A stretch of DNA of 63,567 nt, counting the filler, from Reclinomonas americana ATCC 50394 (lineage: Eukaryota): the NCBI GenBank assembly GCA_048213135.1. It is 7 parts of 4 records of this genome, joined end to end, with 100 filler letters (N's around TTAATTAATTAA, not from the genome) between each part and the next. Parts side by side here need not be neighbours in the genome. Positions count along the whole stretch, not along the records: positions 1 to 23,183 come from PS015768.1; 6 more parts are not named here. One strand, 5' to 3'. Below are positions 1-10,667 of this stretch, in pieces (positions within the stretch are counted from its first letter, which is position 1; each line of letters opens with the position of its first letter). A program made the position numbers and the translations under genes. The notes under the pieces were generated by a model. The model was not told where the DNA came from, searched no databases, and saw nothing but the letters and a program-made list of their open reading frames with translations.

Positions 1-2709
1 CGCCGAATTGGATTCGGGTTTCGCCGACGCAACCATTTGCACAGTTGGAGGATACACGGGCAAGCGTGCCGTGGACGACGGTGAGATGACCACAGACGGT
101 GCTGTGGTGGCGCTCAGCATCGGCCGATCAGTCACATTATCATCGTCACTAACACCATCATCATCATCCACTATCATGTCTGCCTCCTCCTCCACAACCT
201 CGAGTACATCGTCGGGTGCCTGCGGCACTGCAATCAAGTGTCCATTCCTGCCATCCACCGGCTCAATCACTCCCTCCAGCTCTTCGTCCACATCGCTCAT
301 GCGTGCGTCGTCGTCGTCGTCGTCAGCAACAACTCTGAGACCAGCGTCAACACCACCACCACCACCGCCACCAACCACCGCTTCCGGTATCACTTCGTCG
401 TGCAGCTCACTATCCACAACCGGCGTCAAATGTCCCTTCTGCTCATCACCATCCACTGCAAGCTCACTCTCCTCGACCATGTCTTCACCAGCACCCACGT
501 CCTCCTCAATATCGTCACCCAGTGGGTCTCGCGCAAATCGCATGATACCCAGCACGTCCTCAGCACTCGCTGTCCCGGCCACATGGAGCGCAGCAAAACA
601 CATCATCACACGACGGTCAATCACGTCCATCGATTCCAGCAGAAAGCGCAACGCATCCAGCGGATCATGAGAGTGCACAATGCGTTCCAGCTCGCGAACC
701 ACCACATCTGCATTCTCCCCTGCCTCCAACCGACGTGTCAATCCACTACGCAGCAACACTCTGCACGTGAGCTCCACGAGACTGACAAAGGTAATAAATG
801 AGAGAGAGAGAGAGTGAGAAAGAGAGACCTGAGTACGCTGACCAAGGTCAATGGATCGCGGATTTGTAGTGAGCACACTTTGAGGACGGTCTCCTGCGGC
901 AACTCGCCATGACAGCGCTCAGCGAACGCGCGGCAATCCTGTGGTGTGAGCTCGCCGATGCGAAAGTGGAAAACAGGTCGATCGTGCAGACGGCGACTGA
1001 GCTCCTTGAAGATACCGCGTTGCGATGTCACCAACACAATGGGACCAAAGCCGGTGTCCGCAGTATCTGCCTCGTCGGCGGCAACAGCGGGATCGGCTGC
1101 ATCCCTGGAGCCGGCAGTGAATGTGGTGAGGAAAAATGCAGCAACAACAACAACAACGACAACGACAATCGTCCACACACCCTCCATTTTCACCACCCTC
1201 GACATCGTCACCGCCAGCCCCTCCACTGCTGCTGCTGCGTCGGCGTTTTGAAGGCGCAGCGGCACTGGTGGGTCGTGAGGGCGCTGGAGACGGAGCTGTG
1301 CACAGGCGATGAGGCTGTGGTGGACGGAGAGCAACAGGAGCACGCTGTGAACCATCGTCCTTGCGTCGCCGTCGATGCATCATCTGCATACTCTTCTCCT
1401 CGGCTCTGCGCACGGCGAGAGCCAGTTTGTCGACACCGTCGTCGCGCGCGTACGGCACCACGCGCAGCACCTGCACACAGTCGTGACTGTCAACAGAAAC
1501 ACGACACGATCGGAGAATAAACGCGCTACCTGCTGCGCCGAGAAGGCGTTGTCGAGCAGTACCAGGCGCCGCAGTGGGGCCTCGTCAGCGTACAGTACGC
1601 GTTGAAATGCATTCAGTACGGCCGTCTCATCCTCGCCCTCCAACTGGTGGGCACGCATCGGGTTGATTTGTTCCAGCAGCTGCACGGCGGCGTCCATCGA
1701 GGGGAGACTCTCGCGCACAGTGGCGTCGCCACGCATGTCGATTTGCACTGCAGTGCCTCGCGTGCCCCATCGCTCGGTCTCTGGCACATCCTCCGCCTCG
1801 CCGTTCTCGTGGAACCACTGACACAACTGGAGAGCCAGGGTGGTCTTGCCAGAGCCAGGCGCTCCCTCGATCACCACCACGCAGCCCGCTCGCGCACCGC
1901 GCTCACCACCTGTGTGACGAATCAGCACAAAGCAGACGCACACCAGCGCACAGCGTGCAGCCGAGAACGCAACTCACGAGTCCCGCCTGCACTCGCTGCA
2001 GGCACCGCTCCAACTCGGTTCGATGCGAAGGGAACAGCCACGGCGGCGGCATGGCCACACGATACACGGGTGGCGGCTCTTCGGGAACGTGATCTTCCAG
2101 CTCCAGCGGCGGTGGCGGTCGCCCATCGTCAACACCACCCTCACCAGGACCACTGCCAGCCTGCGCTCCCTCGGCACCATCTATGAAATCGGCGACGGCC
2201 GCCGACAGCACAGAGCGCACAGGCATGAAGGAACGCAGAGCGGCATCCTCTTGAAATCGCACGCGATAGCTCTTGTGTCGGTGCGTGGCGGGATTCTTGA
2301 GCGCGGGGCGTGGACCGCTGCTGCTGCTGCGTGCGGCACCGCCACTGCCATCGGCCTGCTTCTTCTTGGCCGACTCGGCGGCGGCCACGGCGGCGCGCGC
2401 GCGTCTCGCGGGTGACGATGATGCGGCGACCGAGGGAGGCGTGGCACCACGTCGACTGGCAGGCGGCGATGGCGAAGCACCGGAGCGTGACGACGCAGAC
2501 GACGAGGCCACCGACTCGGTGCGTCGTCCACGAGCGGGTGCTGCTGCTGCTGCTGCCGCTGCTCCGGCTGATGCTTTGCTGCTGCTGTTGCTGGGGCTGT
2601 GTTGGGGTGCGCGGCTTGAGGAGGCCGGCGATGAGCTTGATGAGGCAGTGCGCCGGCCACTGCCAGAAGCAGCAGCGGCAGCGGCTGTCGGTCGCTGCTT
2701 GGGCGGCAT
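1..2709 (-). CDS. STAND (NB-ARC-like) P-loop NTPase, multi-exon, 3' end runs off the window
   Basis: Probable start MPPKQRP (ATG 2709); low-complexity N-terminus; pre-P-loop PPPWLFPSHRTELERCL; Walker A VVVIEGAPGSGKTTLALQL; Walker B RLVLLDNA; sensor-like IVLVTSQR; acidic tail open to position 1. Confidence 0.75.
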
Positions 2710-2866
2710 TCGGTCGTAAACTGAAGGGACCAACTTGTCCGACGTCGTCGAGAAGTCCGTCGCAAGCTTGTTGCTGTGTGCTCTACTGCCCGCGAAACCA
2801 CACAACGTTGTCGAGGATCTACATATCATCGCATTGTGCTGTACACTTCTTGTTTTCACATCATTC

Positions 2867-5800
2867 TCACAACTCCTGCGACCGCTGCTGGTGTGCAGCT
2901 GGTCGCTGCGGCGGCTTGACGTGGGCATGACCGCTTCGCGGCGGTCGGCCACCCTTTGGCGGGCTCTGTCGCCGCGCACCTGAGCTGCTCGCATCGCGAA
3001 CTGAGCGCGCCGCGGCGGTCTTGCCAGCAGAGGCGTCGTCGGCGCTGCGCGTGGAGCGCAGAATGCCGGAGCGAGCAGACGGCGGCAGCTGGAACACGTC
3101 GTCCGGAATGGCGGTGCACGCATCGCTGGCGCAGCTCGGCAAGTTGTCCTTGATGATCTGTGTCAGCGTGCGGGACTGCGCAAAGCTGAGTTCATCGGCC
3201 GTGTACGCTCCCGGCGCTGTGATGAATAATATCCGTGGTCAGCACGACATTGAAAAAGTGAACGCTGCAGTTGATATGGCATGTACACACCGAGGTAGAA
3301 GTAGCGATCGGCATCGCGCGACTCCTCGAACTGGTTCCACAGCATCCAGTGCTGCGTCCAGCCGAATGGGCTGTTGTCGGCTTCGCCCTCCGACATGAGA
3401 CCTGCATGTTGATCGCGATCAGCAAGAGAACCAAACAGTGGGAACGAGTGTGCTCATTTGCAACGCACCCATCCAGAGGTCGACCAGCTGCACGTTGTCG
3501 TACGTCTTGCCATCTGCGTAATCAGACGACGCGCGTAAGCGTTGGAAGACACACAAACACTTGCGTCGCAGTGGACGCAACTCTCCGGGTAGAACCGGGT
3601 GCCGTAAGTAGCACGCAGATTGGCGGCGTACGGCGCGCCGCAAGTGGCGGTGGACACGTTGCATTGTCCCGGGTTGCCGGGGTAGCAGTCGGTGTCGACC
3701 GCGCAGGTGCAATGGCCGCGGTCGGCGCCGTCGGGCCACACGCAGTTGCCGGTGCCGCAGTCGTCGTTGCCCCAGCAATCACGCGGGCCCTCTTGCGTAA
3801 TCTGCTCGAACGTCAGCAGGTCGCGCGGGTAGTCGTTGGCCTCCCACCAGCTCGGCAGGCCGTGCTCACGCGCACGCTGAATGTTGAAGGCCGCCAGATC
3901 TGCGAGGCGACGCATGTTAGCAGGTGCCTCCTTTCCCAGCACGGCGGCACGGTGCAACTCACCAAACACGATTCCGCGATCGCACATCTGGAAGTTGCGC
4001 AAGCTGTTCACCACGAACGTGTCGCTGCACGAAACAAACGAGACATATGAGCAGTCTGCAGGATTCACATTCAAGTGTGAAAAGATAAACGAACCGGTCC
4101 TGAGCAGACGACGTGGCGGCGCCGGCGAGAACCGGACCCACGCCAATGGTGGACACTGGCGAACTGTGAAACGGCAAGGAGCGGGATGAGCGCATGATGC
4201 AGTACTGGTGAACAGTCTCTTCGCAAAACACGCAACGAGGCCGCTGGCTGCAGAATGGTTGACGCAGTCGAAACGCTGGTGTTGGCAACAGTCGGATATC
4301 CAGGCAGGTTGTTGGCCAGCTTCGCGGTGTCCGACACCAACGAGTGCAGGCGGAAGGCAGCGTGTGCCCACTCGTTGCGGACGCGAGGATTCATCGAGGT
4401 GACACCGGCGTAGTCGTCGACAAATGACGGCATGGCCTCGCCAGCGTCCGGCACGTAGTCGAGCCAGAAGACTGTGTACACATATCAAAGCGAGGTGAGC
4501 ACGCAACACCGGAGCAGCTTGCTGAACTGTGAAAAACGCAACTCTTGCGCAGGAAGTCGACAAACACAATCTTCTGGTACTCGCCAATCAGCAAGTGACG
4601 GGCCTCCTGGAAGAGCGCCTCGTCGTCGGAGAGGTTGAGAGTGGTGCGAAGCTTGAGCAGAGCACTGCCGCAGTTGGCCGGCGCCGTTGTGGCAACATTC
4701 AGGCAGTCGGCAATGCGGTTGTGCTCGCGCAAGAACAGCGTGTGCAACGCCAGCAGGTTGAGGTTGTCGCTCACACGAACGTCACCCGCCACAAAGTAGT
4801 TCGGGCTGTTGTCCACCGGCTGGTTCGGCAGCCCCATGGTGTTCAGTGGCAGCAGAGGTCCGTCGGGACCGTTGGAGGTGAGCATGCGACCGCCACTCAG
4901 GGTGCGGAGCGCCTTGGAGCGATACACATCACTGCCGTAGACCATGGAGGCTGTTGGGTGGCAAGGTAAGCACCATCGCATAGCGTTGCAAGAAACGGAT
5001 AGCAAGCGTGCGCACCATCGATAAAGTGAGTGACCTGGTTGCTCTGGTCTGGCATGTCGTCCTGCGATGCAGACGTACGAAAATGAGCACCACAATGACA
5101 CACAAATGGATGCAAACAACACGAATTACGCAACAGTGGGCTTGTCGAGAACCTCGGTGAATCGGTTGCGTTGCATCGGGATCGACGTCGAGGCGCCATT
5201 GCACGAGATCGGGTCGCCGGCAGCAATCGGAATGTCTGCACTCTGCGGCAGTGGCACAAACAAGTTCTTGAGAGTACGCGTCTCCTTGCGCGCCAGATCC
5301 ATGTCGTGTGCCACCAGCTGTGCGCGCCAACATTGTCAGTTTCGCAATCGAAGCCAAATGTGCAGGTCCAGTACACACCTGACCAAAGGCCCAGAACATG
5401 TTGGTGAGGCCGTAGCGCGACGGCATGTCGACGCTCTGCGAGCAGCCCACGTTGGACACGGTGCGGGCCGACGGGCGAGCTGCACAGAAACGCGTTTGGT
5501 AACGCGCGAAATACGGAGCACAGGAAATCAGCAGCGGCACAAAGAAAAACTCACCAGGCATCTGATCGGCCAAGCCGCACGCCGGCAACGGCGGCTCAAT
5601 GGCGTTCAGTGGGGCCGAGGTGCGATTGGTAAAGTCACAGAAGCAGCGGTTGCCCTGTGGTGTGGCCAGGGAGCTGCCGGGGAGCGCCGGGTTGCCGGGC
5701 GGAGCAATCATGGCACCCGTCGTGGCATCACAGCCAAAGTACTGCGCGGCATATCGTCAGTGCCAAATTGTAAGTTAACAACGAAAAAAAGGGAAGAAAA

Positions 5801-8800
5801 GGTACCTTGACTGGATTGAAGAAGTGGTAGTACCCCTGCAAGGCAAACAATCATGAGTGCAACGGAGAGATACCATTGCGACAGCAGTGGTCGTACGCAC
5901 TCCGCACGCGGTGCCGACTTGCTCATTCGTCACGTTGCAGGAGCCGTCCAGAGTACGGTACCGAGAGGCCAGTGCGGCGGTGCACGATGGCGGCGGCCAG
6001 GTAAATGCCGGGCACACCAGCCCAGTCTCGAGATCATCCGACGGATCGCTCAGCTTGCTAATGGCGCCAGAGGTAGCCTTGAGCTGTGCGGTCATCCAGT
6101 ACTGCGCGAACAATTTGCATGGTGAGAGTGCAGACGAGAAGGAAAGACACACGCGACGTGACACTCAAGTCTCACCGTCTTGTTCGGCGCCAGACCCGTG
6201 ACCGTGGCAGCAGCACTGAGGGAACTGGCCGGCCACGCCACCGGACCAGCCGCCGGTGCCGACGTGTTCGACGACTTGGTGTCCGGGTCGTAGAAGAACA
6301 AAGAGACCGTTGTGCCGGCGGGCGGCTGCGAGTCGGCCTTCACAGTGACAATCAGTGTGCGAGCAATGCCGGTGCCGGCGGCAGGCGGAGCTGCCGAGTC
6401 GACTTGCAGTCGTGCCGCGAGGAACGTGTACGTCAGCGGTGTGAATGCCGACTGCACGCCGTCCACCCAGTCGTTGTCGTTGATGCGAGCCAACAGACGG
6501 ACCTTGAACTGGTATCCAGTGGCCGGCGATAGGTTCCTGCACAATCACAGCAGCAGCAGAGTGAGCACGAGATATGAGCATTGCATCACAATGTGCAGTT
6601 ACTCACCAGATCGTGCAGTCCTTGGAGACGCCGGTAGGCAACCACGTGCACCACGAGACATCGTTGAGGTTGGCGGCGTTGGCGGGATCCGGCATCGCGA
6701 ACACAAAGTATGCCTACGCAAAAGAGAAGCGGTGAGCTCAAAACCCGCATCAAAGCAACCACTCGTAGCGACACACCTCGGGGTAATTGTGCGTCGGGCC
6801 CTGCACATTGGCATGCAGGTGGTCCGAGTTGTCGGCGTACACATTGGCCACGGGCACGCCGGCCAAGTTGGTGTAGCGTCCGGTGTAGGTCTGCCATGTG
6901 AATCCGCTGACCGCTGTGGGCGTCACAATGCGCGCCTTAAAACTGTACTTGGTCACCGGCTGCAGGCCAGTGATTGTGGTGGTCACGGTGGTGGCACCCG
7001 CCGGCCATGTCGATGGAGACACGGTGGCCGGTCCCACCATGGCCTTGGCGACATCGTCCCAGAAGTAGGCCTGTGTGAGAGAGCACGGTGAGAAGCTAAA
7101 CGAGACGAAGGGCAATGGCGAGAGAAAGGATGCAAACCTCAATCGACATGTTGGCCTGCGAGAGCGCGCGGTCGGCAGTCAGCATCAACAGCATCGAGTT
7201 GGACGAGAGATCGTCGGTATCGGCGCTCAGGTTGACATCGATCAGCGTGTAAGCGGTGGCTGTGGGTGCAGACCAGGCACCCGTGGAGGATCCAGAGGTG
7301 AAGCGAGCGACAAAGTTGTAGCCAGTGGCCGGCGTCAGACCCCACACGGTGCACGAGGTGGATGAACCGTCGGCTGGACGGGTCGTCGTGCACACCGAGG
7401 TAATCGCCGAGGTGGCAGAATCCACTCGACCGACCTCTGCGTATGCGGAGAGGACGATCAGTGTGCATGCGCATCGGAAGGTGTGCGTAATCTGAGCCAG
7501 TCTGACAACGGTACTCACCAAACTTGGGATTGGTCAGCGAGGCGCTGGGAGCGGGACCGCTCAACAGCACCGTGAGACCAGTGGTGGACTTGGGCGCGCT
7601 AACTGCCACAGTGGGTGTGCCATTGACTTGCGTACTGACGCTGGCCGACGCCGACGAGACGAGCGACGAGCCGCCGCCCGTCACCACCAGCTGCACCTGG
7701 AAGCGGTACGCGGTGGCCGGAGTCAGGTTCACCACCGTGACGCTGGCCGCGGCACTGCCGGCTGCCCACACAAACGGCGACGGCGACGTGGTGTACGTCG
7801 GTGAGGTGGCGCCGTTGGGGAACACCAGCAGCGTCGCATTGGCCGGCACCGTGCCCGTCACCGTCACCGGCAGCACCTGGACGCACGAGGTGAGCCACAC
7901 AAAGCACGACAACAGCGAGCACAGCAACAGCAATAACCAACCAAACTCGACGTGGGCGACGACGCCGACTGTGTCACGGTGCCAATGGTCAGCGTGTTGC
8001 TCAGTGCCGTAAAGAAAGAGGCGGACGCCGCAGAACGCGCGCCGCTTCGGTTGGTGCTAGTCGAAGTGCCGAGAGTGCACCGGGCCACAGCCGTGTACGC
8101 CGTTCCGGCCGTCAGGCCGGTCAGAGTGCACGCGGTGGCCGAGCCATCGGTCGGCCACGTGCAGGTGCTGCTGCTGTAGTCGACGCCAGTGGCAGGATTG
8201 GTGAACTGGAAGCGCGGGCTGTCGGTGGAGGCAAACGTGTGTGCCGGGCCCGTCACCGTCACGCGCAGCGACGTGGTCGACGGCACCGCCGCCAATACCG
8301 GCGCCGCCGGTACCTGCGACAGCCATGTATACGCCGTCTTGGCCGTCGAGGCATTGGAGGAGCAGCACTTGGTGGTCGTGGGGCACTGCCGTATGCGCGT
8401 GTGAGGAGACGAGGGAAGGAGGGGGAGAGGAGAGAGAGATGTACCGTGCTGAGTCGCGCCTTGGCAGTGATCGAGTACAATGTGTTGGCTGTGAGGCCTG
8501 AGAGTGTGGCCGTCTGTGTCAATGAGGAGGCGACCCATGGCACCGACGCCGAGGCAGTGGCCTCGCCATTCTTGAAAATGTCAATGAACCCGGCGGGGGT
8601 CGGCGATGAGGTGCTGCGCCACGACAGTGACAGTGAGAGACGGGGAGGGACGGGGAAGGCCTCGCACACGTGTGTCGCAACTATGCGACACCAACAGTCA
8701 TGGCCGAGGCCGACGTGGGTGTGAGGGTGAGTGTGATCGAGGCACTCCATGTGGTGCATCTGCGCATGTGCAATGCAAGTTCGTTTAGAGCAGAGGATCA

Positions 8801-8913
8801 GAAGGAACTCTCTGCTCACGCGCGCGCAACGTTTGAGCGCGTGCGGGAGCCGACAGCAGTGCCACTGCGGCGATAAAAACCACGCAGGCGACAAGGAGGT
8901 GGTGTGTGCGCAT
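2867..8913 (-). CDS. Secreted animal-type heme peroxidase (peroxidase-cyclooxygenase superfamily) with about 7 N-terminal FN3-like repeats, multi-exon
   Basis: Signal peptide MRTHHLLVACVVFIAAVALLSAPARA; repeated (G/N)LxPxTxY FN3 motifs at about 6190-8500. Peroxidase motifs: RYRTLDGSCN, FGQ|LVAHD, NQVTHFID|ASMVYGSD, AGDVRVSDN..LHTLFLREHNRIA, LFQEARH, AAFRLHS, DLAAFNIQRAREHGLP, DLWMG|GL, QFEESRDADRYFY, RTLTQIIKDN. Stop at 2867. Confidence 0.9.
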
Positions 8914-9019
8914 CTGGGAGCGAGAAAAAAGTTTTATTGCCGACTCGCGCCGGTTGCATGTCGGGTGGCCCTTCAATTTGAAGGTGGATCCAATGCATCT
9001 CACCCAACTCCCTTTTTGT

Positions 9020-10320
9020 TCACATCGGCACTCGTCCTCCGGTGCTCACACAGGAGGTGAAAGGGGGGAGAGAGAGCGCGCGGCGGGAGACAAAGAGGGA
9101 GGCGCAAGTATCCGGAATTTCTCGGAATATCGCAGTGTGATTTTGTTCGCGATCAAGTACATACCGACCAACCGGTGGACTGGCGGTGGTGTGGAGGAGG
9201 GAGGTAAAGTGGAAGCCGTAGTGCTTGCATGTCCGGCACGGGTGCGTGTGGGTCAACCGCCGTGTGTGCGCAGCATGTTTTTGTGTGCGTTGCGTGTTCG
9301 GAGTTCGGATCTGCAAACCTGCATGATCATGCCTCGTTTCGGATTGGTGGCAGAGTCCAGTGCATGTCGCATGCGAGGCTTGCCCCTCCACTGCCACTGG
9401 GTGCGGTGCGCTGCGGTCACTGGCACATCCTCCGCGTCGCCTTTCTCGCGCAAGCACGGACACAACTGGAGCCAGCGATCTTGCGAGAGTCGGATGCTCC
9501 CTCGATCACCACCACGCAGCTGGTACAGTCCAAGCACTGCAGTCGAGCTGACCTCTTTCACCAAACCTTGGATACCGGAAGAGCAAAATCCATCCACATG
9601 CATTGCCACTGGTTGCAAGTTTCTTTACGTACAAAGAAGGGCAGCAATTGCAAGCACCCACCCCAAGCTGCGATCGCGCCACAGCATGCTATTACATGCA
9701 CGCCGCCATGACAATCTGGTTCTCCTCATCGAGAGCGAGCGTCAATCGCGACTCCATATAATCGTTGCTCATCCAGCTCTGATGCGCATACGCATTCTCC
9801 GTGCGAATCACACGCAGTCGGTTCGCCGGCAGTCGGCTCATGGAGCGCGTAGCACCCTCGGACACCGCATCAATCAGGTCGCTCCTGTGCACGCGGAGAG
9901 TGAATACCCGTTTCTGTCTGTCAGGAATCCACATGAGCGTAACTTGAGCACGAGGTCATCGCGGTGGCGGTACGACTCCAGCTGCTGGCGTGACATGTTG
10001 GTGTCGTCGACAAGTTGGCGGTAAGGGAGCGCGCTCAACTACACAAAATAGCACATCAGTCAAGTGCGTGTGTGTGAGTGAGTGAGTGAGTGTGTGACAC
10101 GCAACAAAGTCCTGGTGGCAGTACGCTGGGCCTGAGTGTGGCTCACGCTCCACCATGCTCTGCGCGGGGAGACGAGGGAGAGAGATGAGAGAGATGAGCG
10201 TGCCCTCTTTCTCTCTCACACACGCTCAACTTTGAGATCCACCACACCGCTGTCGGCTGTGCACATGGCGGCAAGGCAGCAGAGAGCGAAGAGTGCAGAG
10301 AGGGCGATGAAGGCGCGCAT
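9020..10320 (-). CDS. Hypothetical secreted protein, multi-exon
   Basis: Signal peptide MRAFIALSALFALCCLAAMCTA; exons join in frame at GT-AG sites (e.g. DLVLK|SDLIDAVSEG); no family recognised; 3' end uncertain. Confidence 0.55.
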
Positions 10321-10667
10321 TTTGTGATTAAGAATCGAGGGTCAGATATCGCGAGCAATTGTCATGCGCCGAAGTTGGAGCGAGAGCGAGTGCTGTGGTG
10401 GGAAACAGCAGTGGCGCTGTTGTTTAGAGGATCGGTATGAGTAGTGTGGCCACGCGTGCAACGACAAGCGAGAAGACTTGATGGCGGCAAAATGTGTGCG
10501 TGTCCTGTTTGGTTTTCTGTCTCCGCGCGCATGCAGCTGTAGCTCTCTCGTCTGGTGTAGCGTACGGCATCCACACACACACCACTCGTCACCTGCCCGA
10601 GTTGTCTCTCTCACTTTCATCACCATGTCCCGCGACGTTCATAGTTTTCTCTCTTTCTCAACACGCA

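Noticed and set aside
8..801. Plus-strand Ser-rich and His-rich ORFs, and similar antisense ORFs throughout
   Set aside because: Shadows of acidic coding sequence on the opposite strand in GC-rich DNA.
3163..3396. MSEGEADN ORF as a separate gene, or a frameshift near 3185
   Set aside because: It splices in frame as the peroxidase C-terminus (DLWMG|GLMSE..DRYFYL|APGAYTADELSFAQSRTL).
9950..9960. In-frame TGA suggesting selenocysteine or readthrough
   Set aside because: Wrong frame; an intron joins DLVLK to SDLID without a stop.
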